Shown: positions 8,069 to 16,726 of the stretch, piece by piece
How positions within the stretch are numbered: position 1 is the stretch's first letter
Layout of the letters: the number at the start of each line of letters is the position of its first letter
IMG/VR virus record: IMGVR_UViG_3300045993_000138
Strand: one strand, 5' to 3'
Length of the DNA stretch: 44,449 nt
Source: a virus
Lineage: Duplodnaviria; Heunggongvirae; Uroviricota; Caudoviricetes
Translations under genes and position numbers: made by a program
Notes under the pieces: model-generated
Databases searched by the model: none
The model's input: the letters and a program-made list of their open reading frames with translations, nothing else
Told to the model about the DNA's origin: nothing

Positions 8069-10546
8069 ATGACTGACCTATTTCAATCCAAATCGACTCT
8101 TGCGCGACTTCTCGCGCAAGAAAACATTAACGTAGAGCATCGTAAGGTGCATACGGCAATGTTCGATCTAAAGAGCCGCACCCTTGTCCTTCCAATGTTG
8201 AAGGATATGGACGGCGACCTTTATGACGGTCTTACTGGACATGAAGTTGGTCATGCTCTTTATACTCCCGAGGAAGGTTGGCACACTGCTATCAAGCAGG
8301 ATCGTAGCCTTAAGGGTTATTTGAATATCATCGAAGATGCACGCATCGAACGCAAGATGAAGGAACGTTTTCCGGGTCTGCGTCGTTCGTTCAATCTTGC
8401 GTACAAGCATCTTCATGAACTCGATTTCTTCGGTCTGCGTGGACTTGATGTAAATCGATTGATGCTCATTGATCGCATCAATATCTTCTATAAGATCGGC
8501 TCATTTGTTCGCGTAGGATTTACTCCTGCCGAACTTACTTACATTGATCGCATTTCTGCCGCACAGACTTGGGAAGATGTAGAAGTAATTGCGCGTGAAC
8601 TTCACGCAAAGGCAAAGGAAGACAAGAAGAATAATCCTGAGCCACAGACTGATACTCATGAATCTGACGATTCTGATGAAGATGAAGACGATTCTGATGC
8701 CGAATATGGCGAGTCGGATGAATCTGATGAATCAGAAGAGTGGGATGATCTTAGTGATATGTCCTACGAAGATGATTCGGAAGACAAGAATGATTCTGAG
8801 GAATCCGAAGATTCTGACGATTCTGAGTCTACTGATGAACAGTCCACCGACTGTGACGATGGTGATTCTGGCGCATCCAAGGATGATAAGTCTGATGAAG
8901 AAGGCGAGGACTCTGAGGGTTCTGGCGATTCTGATGAAGATGAATCTGACGATGGCGACGGAGAAGATGAAGAAAACAAGAACACTGGTCGCGGTGGAAG
9001 TTCGGACGGTGACGGCAGTGATGAAAATGATGAAAAGGGCGCAGATGGAGACAAGAGCCGCGAAGGTGGCAATCAGTCAGAACCGGATCCTGACGTTTCT
9101 TCACACACCGACAAGGCATTCCGTGATAACGAAAAGTTGCTGATCGACACCAGCACTGGTAATACCTATGTTGTGAACGTCCCACAGTTCAACAAGAATT
9201 ACCTTGTTTCGCATCAGAAGGTTCATGCTTCAATCAGCGCACACATACAGAGTCTTGCTCTGAGTAGTGAGTGGATTGATCACAAGCCAATGATCAAGAC
9301 ATTTACCGTGGATAATGTTCAGGATTTCATCAAGCGTTCTACTCCTGTAGTTAACTACATGGTGAAGGAATTCGAAATGCGTAAGAATGCTACTCAGCTT
9401 GCGCGTGCGAAGCAGCACAAGTCTGGTAAGATCAATCCTAAGCGTCTTTCGCGCTACACGATGGAAAACGATATTTTTCAGCGTATCAGTTCTATTCCGC
9501 AGGGTAAGAATCACGGTCTTGTGATGGTCATTGACCTTTCGGGTTCGATGACTGACATTCTCAAGAATGCATTTGAACAGGCTATGATGCTCACTATGTT
9601 CTGCCGTAAGGTAAACATTCCGTTCGATGTTTATGGTTTCTGTGATGATAGAGGTTCTTCGAATCTTCTGGATTCCAAGCGTACTCCTTATTACACCAGA
9701 AATAACAATGATCTTGCTGGTTGGGATACAGACTTCACAATGAAGCAGTATCTTTCAAGCACCATGACTTCATCACAATATCGTAAGGCATTTGCGAACA
9801 TGATGTATATTGGTTCTGTCTATGGTGCATATCGCACTGGAAATTATCGTAATCTTAGTGAGGCAATTCCGCAGAGCGAACACCTTGGTGGAACTCCGCT
9901 GGATGAAGCTATCATTGCTTCTATTGATCTGGTTGGCGAATTCAAGGTTCGTAACCGTCTTGATATTGTAAACTGTGTTTTCCTCACTGACGGTTGTGGT
10001 GGTGTTTCCAATGCTGTCTACAACAATAAGGGTGGCAAGTACGCTTACGAAAATCAGACTTGGATGTACCCTGAAAGGGACACTATCTATCTCCAGCATA
10101 AGGGAACGAAGCACCGTGTTCGTTACCAGAGCATGTTGAAGAATGATTGTAATGGTGATCAATTTATTTCTTCGCGTGCGCTCATCGAAATTGCAAAGCG
10201 TGTGACTGGTGCTAAGTATACTGGATATTTGGTCAGTTCCCGCCGAGACATTACTCGATTTGTGTATCCTTATGAGTATTCGTATGTGAATCACAATACT
10301 GAGAAGGTTCAGCGCAAGTCGCTCAATTCGCAGCTTGTCGATGATGGTTTCGTAAGTTCACACAAGTTTGGTTTCGATGAATACTTCTTCGTTCCTAACG
10401 ATAATCTCAAGATCGATGAACACGGTATTGATGTTGAAAGTGAAGCTTCGAAGAGTAAGATCGCAAAGGCATTCATGAAGTCGCTGGACAAGCGTGGATT
10501 GCAGCGTATGTTCCTGAACAAGTTTGTTCAGACTCTGGCTGCGTAA
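8069..10546 (+). CDS. CobT-like vWA protein: N-terminal HExxH domain, long acidic linker, C-terminal vWA (MIDAS)
   Basis: HEVGHALYT and NIIEDARIER; Asp/Glu/Ser/Gly low-complexity tract at about aa 190-345; MIDAS DLSGSM, GGTPL, FLTDG. Confidence 0.85.
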   Translation: MTDLFQSKSTLARLLAQENINVEHRKVHTAMFDLKSRTLVLPMLKDMDGDLYDGLTGHEVGHALYTPEEGWHTAIKQDRSLKGYLNIIEDARIERKMKERFPGLRRSFNLAYKHLHELDFFGLRGLDVNRLMLIDRINIFYKIGSFVRVGFTPAELTYIDRISAAQTWEDVEVIARELHAKAKEDKKNNPEPQTDTHESDDSDEDEDDSDAEYGESDESDESEEWDDLSDMSYEDDSEDKNDSEESEDSDDSESTDEQSTDCDDGDSGASKDDKSDEEGEDSEGSGDSDEDESDDGDGEDEENKNTGRGGSSDGDGSDENDEKGADGDKSREGGNQSEPDPDVSSHTDKAFRDNEKLLIDTSTGNTYVVNVPQFNKNYLVSHQKVHASISAHIQSLALSSEWIDHKPMIKTFTVDNVQDFIKRSTPVVNYMVKEFEMRKNATQLARAKQHKSGKINPKRLSRYTMENDIFQRISSIPQGKNHGLVMVIDLSGSMTDILKNAFEQAMMLTMFCRKVNIPFDVYGFCDDRGSSNLLDSKRTPYYTRNNNDLAGWDTDFTMKQYLSSTMTSSQYRKAFANMMYIGSVYGAYRTGNYRNLSEAIPQSEHLGGTPLDEAIIASIDLVGEFKVRNRLDIVNCVFLTDGCGGVSNAVYNNKGGKYAYENQTWMYPERDTIYLQHKGTKHRVRYQSMLKNDCNGDQFISSRALIEIAKRVTGAKYTGYLVSSRRDITRFVYPYEYSYVNHNTEKVQRKSLNSQLVDDGFVSSHKFGFDEYFFVPNDNLKIDEHGIDVESEASKSKIAKAFMKSLDKRGLQRMFLNKFVQTLAA

Positions 10547-10603
10547 GTGGTTGATAATATGGGGGTTTTCAGGTTTGCAATTGCTGAAAAACCCCCGTAT
10601 AAT
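10544..10603 (+). promoter_or_regulatory. Early promoter with overlapping inverted repeat
   Basis: TTGCAA(10575)-17-TATAAT(10598); GGGGGTTTTCAG/CTGAAAAACCCCC inverted repeat flanks the -35; upstream TAAGTGGTTGAT. Confidence 0.7.
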
Positions 10604-10635
10604 AGTATATAAACTGAAAATTTGGAGATTTAAAG

Positions 10636-12102
10636 ATGCCTCGCATTTCGTACACCACTGAACAGAAGCAGAAGTTTCTGGAGAACATCGTTGTTCAGTA
10701 CAATAACACCATTCTGTCGAAGAAGCAGATTGATGCATTCTGCAAAAAGCGTAAGCTTCCTGTTCCATACTTCATCTATCACGATGAAGATCGCAAGATT
10801 TCGCACGGTAAGTATTCCGTTGCAATGGTAGCTGCGGTCAGCAAGCTTCCTACTAACAAGCCATTTCCAAAGTTTCAGGCACCTAAGAAGGCTGAGACTC
10901 CTGAACCCGTTCCCGCAATTGCGGGTGCTGTCATTACTCAAATGCCAGCGAGTATTCAAGCCGACGTTTCCTGTACGGTTCCTGAAAAGGATCCGACATA
11001 CGTTCCGTTCGGCAACTACGATGATGTTGAAACCATCATTCGCACCAAGGTATTCTTTCCTGTTTACATTACTGGTATGTCTGGTAACGGCAAGACCATG
11101 AGTATCATTCAGGCATGTGCGAAGTTGAAGCGTGAAATTCTGCGTATCAACGTCACCGAAGAAACCGATGAACTCGATCTTATCGGTGGAACTGAACTTG
11201 TCAACGGTTCGACCGTCAACCGTGAGGGTGCGGTGCTTCTTGCAATGCGTCGCGGTGCAGTGCTTCTGATCGATGAAGGCGATTTGAACAATACCAAGAT
11301 TCTCTGCCTCATGCCAATTCTTGAAGGTAAGCCATACTTCAACAAGAAGACTGGTGAAGTCATTCACCCTGCCGAGGGTTTCAACATCTTTATCACTGGT
11401 AACACCAAGGGTAAGGGTAGCGAAGATGGTCGCTTCGTTGGTACCAAGGTTATGAACGAGGCGTTCCTTGAGCGTTTCGCGATTACGATGGAACAGGAGT
11501 ATCCTGATTCCAAGGTTGAAAAGAAGATTGTCGTCAAGAATATGGAACTCTACGGTTTCAAGGATGATGACTTTGCGACCAAGCTTTGCACTTTCGCGGA
11601 AATCTCGCGCAAGACTTTTGCCGAAGGCGCGATTGATGAAATCATCACTACTCGCCGTCTTACTCACATCGTGAAGGCATTCGCAATCTTTCAGGATCGT
11701 GCGAAGGCAATCAAGCTTGCACTCAATCGTTTCGATGCGGAAACCAAGAATGCATTCATGGATCTTTACAGTAAGATCGATGCTTCTGTGAATCCAGTAG
11801 ATGGAACTGCCACTCCTGCCGCTAATGTGAAGAATGCAGAAAGCATTGCAATGGCAGCACCGGAATGTTCCTCGCAGTTTTCTGCAATTGCATCTTCACT
11901 AGGAATGGTTCATAACACCACAGTTTCGATCACTCCAAACACTGCTAGTGGAACTATGAATCTATTTGCTTATGGTCGCATGAAGATTGTTTCGAGTGTC
12001 AATATTGATCCAAAGTATGCTCGCCTTGCTCTTACAGAACTTGAGCAGCACATGGTAACTCTTAAGAATGATTCGGAAAACGATTCGAAGGTTCCTTTCT
12101 AA
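10636..12102 (+). CDS. CobS/MoxR-like AAA+ ATPase
   Basis: Walker A GMSGNGKT, Walker B LLIDE, sensor TGN, NEAFLERF, TTRRL; paired with the upstream vWA gene. Confidence 0.9.
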   Translation: MPRISYTTEQKQKFLENIVVQYNNTILSKKQIDAFCKKRKLPVPYFIYHDEDRKISHGKYSVAMVAAVSKLPTNKPFPKFQAPKKAETPEPVPAIAGAVITQMPASIQADVSCTVPEKDPTYVPFGNYDDVETIIRTKVFFPVYITGMSGNGKTMSIIQACAKLKREILRINVTEETDELDLIGGTELVNGSTVNREGAVLLAMRRGAVLLIDEGDLNNTKILCLMPILEGKPYFNKKTGEVIHPAEGFNIFITGNTKGKGSEDGRFVGTKVMNEAFLERFAITMEQEYPDSKVEKKIVVKNMELYGFKDDDFATKLCTFAEISRKTFAEGAIDEIITTRRLTHIVKAFAIFQDRAKAIKLALNRFDAETKNAFMDLYSKIDASVNPVDGTATPAANVKNAESIAMAAPECSSQFSAIASSLGMVHNTTVSITPNTASGTMNLFAYGRMKIVSSVNIDPKYARLALTELEQHMVTLKNDSENDSKVPF

Positions 12103-12105
12103 GAG

Positions 12106-12134
12106 TTGACAATTACACATAAACTGTGTATAAT
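12106..12134 (+). promoter_or_regulatory. Consensus sigma70 promoter with palindrome in the spacer
   Basis: TTGACA-17-TATAAT; TACACA-N5-TGTGTA at 12114-12130. Confidence 0.8.
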
Positions 12135-12136
12135 AT

Positions 12137-12176
12137 AAGACAGCCGTTAGTTAATTCTGACGGCTGTTTTCTTTTT
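12137..12176 (+). terminator. Rho-independent terminator
   Basis: ACAGCCGTTAG-TTAATT-CTGACGGCTGT stem followed by TTTCTTTTT. Confidence 0.75.
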
Positions 12177-12199
12177 ATTATAATTGAGGTTTATGAAAT

Positions 12200-12490
12200 A
12201 TGTCCACTAGTTCAAATCAGAAGTTGCTCGCTTTCCTAAAGAGCAAGAGTGCCTATAACACACTTACTGTCCGTCAGGCAAGAGCGCGTTTCGGCATTAA
12301 GAATCCATCTGCACATATTGCGGATCTTCGCGCAGAAGGTCATGTAATTTACACCAATAGCAAGACACTTGCTGATGGACGCAGAATCAAGTTCTATCGT
12401 CTTGGCACACCAAGCAAGCGTTACACTCGTAACATGCGTGCCGGTCGCAAGAGTCTTGCTATTAAGGCACTTTACAGCCGCGCTGCCTAA
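12200..12490 (+). CDS. Small basic winged helix-turn-helix DNA-binding protein
   Basis: LTVRQARARFGIKNPSAHIADLRAEGHVI helix-turn-helix plus beta-wing (IKFYRL); good RBS (GAGG). Confidence 0.7.
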   Translation: MSTSSNQKLLAFLKSKSAYNTLTVRQARARFGIKNPSAHIADLRAEGHVIYTNSKTLADGRRIKFYRLGTPSKRYTRNMRAGRKSLAIKALYSRAA

Positions 12491-12520
12491 TAGGTGATTC
12501 TCAAAACCTTAAAGGTTCAT

Positions 12521-12551
12521 AGGGGTCTTCAATGAAGACCCCTTTGTTTTT
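12521..12551 (+). terminator. Rho-independent terminator
   Basis: AGGGGTCTTC-AAT-GAAGACCCCT then TTGTTTTT. Confidence 0.85.
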
Positions 12552-12562
12552 GTGATAAAAAT

Positions 12563-12591
12563 TTGCTATTCTGGTGAGTTTGCTATATAAT
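12563..12591 (+). promoter_or_regulatory. sigma70-type promoter
   Basis: TTGCTA-17-TATAAT. Confidence 0.7.
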
Positions 12592-12649
12592 GTATCATAG
12601 CCTTTCTATGAATTCATATTACCAACGACTGATTGAGGATTATTAAAAC

Positions 12650-13447
12650 ATGCAACTAGAAATTAGCGCAGAAAAGTTAAGAAAGAATAAACTATTCGTA
12701 GCCACACCTATGTACGGTGGAATGGCACACGGAATGTATATGAAGTCCTGTTTAGACTTACAGGCAATCTTCATGCAATATGGAGTTGAAGTAAGATTCT
12801 CATTTATCTTTAATGAGTCTCTTATTACAAGAGCAAGAAATTATCTTGTTGACGAATTTTTAAGAACAGATTTTACACACTTCTTGTTTATCGATGCAGA
12901 CATTCACTACGATCCTCGCGACGTTGTTGCAATGCTTGCAATGGATAAGGATGTTGTCGGTGGACCATATCCTAAGAAGTCTATCAAGTGGGGAGCAGTT
13001 GCTAAGGCAGCAAGAAACAATCCAAATCTTCCAGCAGGAGAACTCGAAAAAGTCACTGGTGACTATGTGTTCAATGCTGTTGCTGGAACAGGGCAGTTCA
13101 ATGTCGGAGAACCACTAGAAGTTCTAGAACTCGGTACTGGATTCATGATGATTAAGCGTGAAGTATTCGGTAAGTTCGAAGCCGCATACCCACAACTACG
13201 ATACAAGCCAGATCATGTGGGTCAAGCTAACTTCGATGGATCCCGTTATATCCATGCTTACTTCGATACAGTAATTGATCATGGTAAGAGTGATCGCTAT
13301 CTTTCAGAAGACTATATGTTCTGTCAGTGGTTCCGCAATATCGGTGGTCAAATTTGGTTGTGTCCGTGGATGAAAACCCACCATATTGGCACATACCCAT
13401 TTACTGGTGATCTTGCTGCTGTTGCGGGGTTAGTCGGAGAATTGTAA
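12650..13447 (+). CDS. GT-A fold glycosyltransferase-like protein
   Basis: LFVATPMYGG, ESLITRARN, FLFIDADI (DxD), GTGFMMIKR, SEDYMFC, L..HHIG motifs. Confidence 0.8.
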   Translation: MQLEISAEKLRKNKLFVATPMYGGMAHGMYMKSCLDLQAIFMQYGVEVRFSFIFNESLITRARNYLVDEFLRTDFTHFLFIDADIHYDPRDVVAMLAMDKDVVGGPYPKKSIKWGAVAKAARNNPNLPAGELEKVTGDYVFNAVAGTGQFNVGEPLEVLELGTGFMMIKREVFGKFEAAYPQLRYKPDHVGQANFDGSRYIHAYFDTVIDHGKSDRYLSEDYMFCQWFRNIGGQIWLCPWMKTHHIGTYPFTGDLAAVAGLVGEL

Positions 13448-13798
13448 GTGGATCCTCGTAAATTGTATATGGAAGAGTATCGCAGAACTCACGCCAAAGA
13501 ATTTGTTGTATATAAAATAGCTGGTAGAACTAAAGCCAACGGAATGCCTTGTGATAAAGAATATTTGTTATCACTAGAGTGTCCAGAAACTTGTCCAATA
13601 TTAGGTACACCAATTTCTTTCGAAAGAGGAAAAGGTACTCGTCCAGCTTTGAATACGGCATCATATGATCGTATCGATAATAGTAAAGGTTACGTAAAAG
13701 GAAACGTTGCCATTATCTCTAAGAGAGCAAATACAATTAAAGCAGATTTGTCTTACGAACAAGCAAAAAAACTTATTGAATATATGAAAAGTGAGTGA
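13448..13798 (+). CDS. Small HNH-type endonuclease (free-standing homing endonuclease candidate)
   Basis: CPILG, SYDRIDNSKGYVKGNVAIIS..AN..K beta-beta-alpha-metal motif; GTG start with GGAGA RBS. Confidence 0.75.
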   Translation: MDPRKLYMEEYRRTHAKEFVVYKIAGRTKANGMPCDKEYLLSLECPETCPILGTPISFERGKGTRPALNTASYDRIDNSKGYVKGNVAIISKRANTIKADLSYEQAKKLIEYMKSE

Positions 13799-13801
13799 GT
13801 T

Positions 13802-14407
13802 ATGCTAGTCGGTTTAGTTGGTTTCATGGGTGCTGGTAAGGGTGCCTGTGGTGATATTCTGGTACAACGAGGCTTTCAAAAAGAAAGCTTTGCCAGCGCA
13901 GTAAAAGACGCATTGGCTCCCATCTTCGGATGGGACCGTGCGATGCTGGAAGGTGACACTCCAGAGTCGCGTGCATGGAGAGAGCAACCAGATCTTTGGT
14001 GGCAACAACGACTTGGAAGACCGTTCACTCCAAGACATGCATTACAATTGATGGGAACAGAAGCAGGACGCAATGTATTCCATGAAGATATTTGGGTTCT
14101 TTCGATGGAGAAACGTCTCCTAGATCCAAATAAAAATTACGTTATTACAGATACTCGTTTTCCTAACGAAATCGATATGATTCATCGTCTAGGTGGAAAA
14201 GTATTTCGTATTCGCAGAGGCGTCGAACCTGTCTGGTATAACGATGCCTACCGCTCAAACGTAAGCGGTTCTAATATTCAAAAATTGATTCGCTTTCCAG
14301 AAGTCCACTATTCAGAATGGGCATGGATTGGCTGTGATCTAGACGCAATTATTACAAACGATGGATCTCTTAAGGATTTGGAAGAAGTCCTATTGACTTT
14401 GATTTGA
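13802..14407 (+). CDS. gp1: Deoxynucleoside monophosphate kinase
   Basis: GLVGFMGAGKG P-loop, SFA..VKD, R.ALQ..GTEAGR, VITDTRFPNE, HYSE. Confidence 0.9.
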   Translation: MLVGLVGFMGAGKGACGDILVQRGFQKESFASAVKDALAPIFGWDRAMLEGDTPESRAWREQPDLWWQQRLGRPFTPRHALQLMGTEAGRNVFHEDIWVLSMEKRLLDPNKNYVITDTRFPNEIDMIHRLGGKVFRIRRGVEPVWYNDAYRSNVSGSNIQKLIRFPEVHYSEWAWIGCDLDAIITNDGSLKDLEEVLLTLI

Positions 14408-14432
14408 TATTACAGTGATTTTGCTGTATACT
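14404..14432 (+). promoter_or_regulatory. sigma70-type promoter for gp45
   Basis: TTGATA-17-TATACT; TACAG-N8-CTGTA inverted repeat in the spacer. Confidence 0.65.
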
Positions 14433-14461
14433 ATATGTTATGTTTCGATATGGAGTAAATT

Positions 14462-15142
14462 ATGAAATTGTCTGATAATACACTAAACGTTCTCAAGAAT
14501 TTTGCATCGATCAATCAAGGTATCGTTGTGAAGCCCGGAAAGCTTCTTAGAACTATGTCTTCGAATAAGGCAATTCTTGCCGAAGCCAGTGTCGATGAAG
14601 TCTTTCCAACCGAATTTGGAATCTATGATTTGAACACTCTTCTTGGTGTTATTTCACAGAACAAGAATTCACCAGAGGTAGAATTCGAAAAGGATTTCCT
14701 TGTTTTCAGTTCAGTCGGTAGTATCCGAATCCGATATACACCAGCAACACTGATTCTAACTCCACCAAACAAGAATATCAGCATTACAGATTATGATGTT
14801 GAATTTAATCTTTCACAAGAAGTTCTCCAGTGGATTTTCAACACTGCGTCGATTCTAAAGTGCCCTAATGTCGTTATTAAGAGTGAAGGTGGAAAGGACG
14901 GCGATATCAATATTTGGGCAATGGATGTCAAGGGCGAAATTGTCAACGATGCGAATGTCAAGGTAGAAGGTACATCAGACATTGCTTTCCAAGCAGTTCT
15001 CAAGATCGAAAACCTGAAGATTCTTCAGGGTGCCTATAAAGTTGAAGTTTCATCACAGGGTGCATGTAAGTTCTATAATTCGGATAGGAATCTGACTTAT
15101 TGGATTGCTATCGAACAAGACTCTTCTACATTCAACAAGTGA
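14462..15142 (+). CDS. gp45: DNA polymerase sliding clamp
   Basis: MKLS..T..VLKNFASINQGI, FGIYDL..LL, K.ENLKIL.G.Y, YWIA.E. Confidence 0.95.
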   Translation: MKLSDNTLNVLKNFASINQGIVVKPGKLLRTMSSNKAILAEASVDEVFPTEFGIYDLNTLLGVISQNKNSPEVEFEKDFLVFSSVGSIRIRYTPATLILTPPNKNISITDYDVEFNLSQEVLQWIFNTASILKCPNVVIKSEGGKDGDINIWAMDVKGEIVNDANVKVEGTSDIAFQAVLKIENLKILQGAYKVEVSSQGACKFYNSDRNLTYWIAIEQDSSTFNK

Positions 15143-15149
15143 GATAAAC

Positions 15150-15407
15150 ATGGCTAAATTCACAGACGCACAACTCTTAACTATCAAGAACAAGTTCACC
15201 GAAATTTCAAATTCGATGACTCGCCAGCAAGGCGAGAAGGATCTAGTAAAGGAAATTCTGACTGATCTAAAGGATCAATTCGAACTACCACCAAAGCTTG
15301 CCCGTAAGCTTGCAAAGGCATTTCACAAGCGTAATCTTGATGAAGTTCGCGCAGAGCATGAAGAGTTCGAAGAGACATACGAGACGGTGTTTCCAGAAAA
15401 GGGTTGA
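15150..15407 (+). CDS. dsbA: T4 DsbA-like double-stranded DNA-binding protein
   Basis: LAKAFHKRN..E...E.EEFEETYETVF resembles the C-terminus of T4 DsbA; the ATG at 15150 (RBS GAGA) is preferred over the 15105 start. Confidence 0.7.
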   Translation: MAKFTDAQLLTIKNKFTEISNSMTRQQGEKDLVKEILTDLKDQFELPPKLARKLAKAFHKRNLDEVRAEHEEFEETYETVFPEKG

Positions 15408-15413
15408 TACATT

Positions 15414-16358
15414 ATGATTAATGATGAACAGATGTTGTGGGTGGAGAGATACCGCCCACGCACGATTGAAGACTGTATTCTACCGGATCGACTAAAGAAG
15501 CCATTTCAGGAAATGGTAAACCGCCAAGAGATTCCAAACATGATTCTTGCTGGTGGTGCCGGTTCCGGTAAGACCACAGTAGCAAGAGCATTGTGTGAAG
15601 AAATTGGTGCAGATTACATCATGATCAACGGATCAGATGAATCTGGTATCGATACACTTCGCGTAAAGATCAAGGGATTCGCGTCATCAGTTTCACTGAT
15701 GGGCGGTAGAAAGGTTATCATCATCGATGAGGCTGACTATCTAAATCCAAATTCAACACAGCCAGCGTTTCGTGGAGTTATCGAAGAATTCTCCGGTAAC
15801 TGTTCATTCGTATTTACCTGTAACTACAAGAATCGCATCATTGAACCATTGCACTCTCGTTGTACTGTAATCGACTTCAAGTTGATCAACGGTGAGAAGG
15901 CAAAGATGGCAATGGCATTCATGGGGCGTGTCGAGAATATCCTAAGGGGCGAAAAGATTACCTATGATCAGAAAGTGATCGTAGAATTGATCAAGAAATT
16001 CTTTCCAGATTATCGTCGTATTCTCAATGAACTTCAGAGATATTCAAATTCTGGAACTATAGATACAGGCATTCTGGCATCAGATAGCAACCCACGTATT
16101 TCAGAACTGATGAAGTCTATCAAGGACAAGAATTTCTCCGAAGTACGTAAGTGGGTAGCCACAAACTCAGATAATGATGTAAGCGTAGTTTATCGTCAAA
16201 TCTATGATAATCTCTATGAGGTTCTCAAGAAGGACAGCATTCCAGCAGCCGTTGTATTACTTGCCAAGTATCAGTATCAGGCAGCGTTCTGTGCAGATCA
16301 GGAAGTAAACCTTCTGGCATTCCTTGTAGAACTTATGGTAGATTGTGAGATAGCGTAA
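15414..16358 (+). CDS. gp44: Clamp loader large subunit
   Basis: LWVERYRP, GGAGSGKTT, INGSDE.GID, IIIDEAD, TCNYKNRII.PLHSRC, PDYRR. Confidence 0.95.
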   Translation: MINDEQMLWVERYRPRTIEDCILPDRLKKPFQEMVNRQEIPNMILAGGAGSGKTTVARALCEEIGADYIMINGSDESGIDTLRVKIKGFASSVSLMGGRKVIIIDEADYLNPNSTQPAFRGVIEEFSGNCSFVFTCNYKNRIIEPLHSRCTVIDFKLINGEKAKMAMAFMGRVENILRGEKITYDQKVIVELIKKFFPDYRRILNELQRYSNSGTIDTGILASDSNPRISELMKSIKDKNFSEVRKWVATNSDNDVSVVYRQIYDNLYEVLKKDSIPAAVVLLAKYQYQAAFCADQEVNLLAFLVELMVDCEIA

Positions 16359-16726
16359 TGAGATCATCAGACGTTTATGTAGATGTAAATATCAAGCAAC
16401 AACCAAATAACGCTGCGGATTCAGCACGCCTTTATGGTGAACTAAAGAGAGCCGCAGAAGAAGAAGTTGTATCTGCAACTATCAATAAGTTTGGTGCCTA
16501 CAACGAGGTTGAGGTTGTTCGTGTTGATACATGGGAAGACTACAGCACACAGAAGAAGCACTATCGCTTTTTGTTCAAGGTCAATGGAAAGACCTATGAC
16601 ATCAAAACTGACTTATTTCCAGATCGCACGCACACTCGCGGTGCGGCATATGAGGTAAATCGTGCTATTCTCTCTGAAGTTTTCGAGAAGAGTATCAAAG
16701 AACTGATGAAGTATCCCCGTGGCTGA
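16358..16726 (+). CDS. Hypothetical protein inserted between gp44 and gp62
   Basis: TAATG coupling to gp44 and overlap with gp62; no recognisable motif. Confidence 0.6.
   Translation: MRSSDVYVDVNIKQQPNNAADSARLYGELKRAAEEEVVSATINKFGAYNEVEVVRVDTWEDYSTQKKHYRFLFKVNGKTYDIKTDLFPDRTHTRGAAYEVNRAILSEVFEKSIKELMKYPRG

Noticed and set aside
8589-9185. Alternative-frame and antisense ORFs (8589..9143 +, 8764..9072 -, 8829..9185 -)
   Set aside because: Artefacts of the GAT/GAA/TCT-rich acidic linker of the vWA gene.
9773-10768. Minus-strand ORFs of 173, 70 and 136 aa
   Set aside because: Antisense to well-supported genes; no independent evidence.
10630-11667. 345-aa minus-strand ORF
   Set aside because: Exact antisense shadow of the CobS-like ATPase; strong sense codon bias suppresses antisense stops; no RBS or motifs.
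8069-12102. Reading the CobT/CobS-like pair as cobalamin biosynthesis genes
   Set aside because: No cobN or other cob genes in the window; the HExxH domain and acidic linker fit a generic MoxR/vWA chaperone better.
15105-15149. Longer ORF-track starts for dsbA (15105), the ligase-like gene (33593) and the acidic protein (42141)
   Set aside because: Downstream ATGs at 15150, 33614 and 42168 have an RBS or stop/start coupling and, for 33614, give the conserved MKTFK N-terminus.
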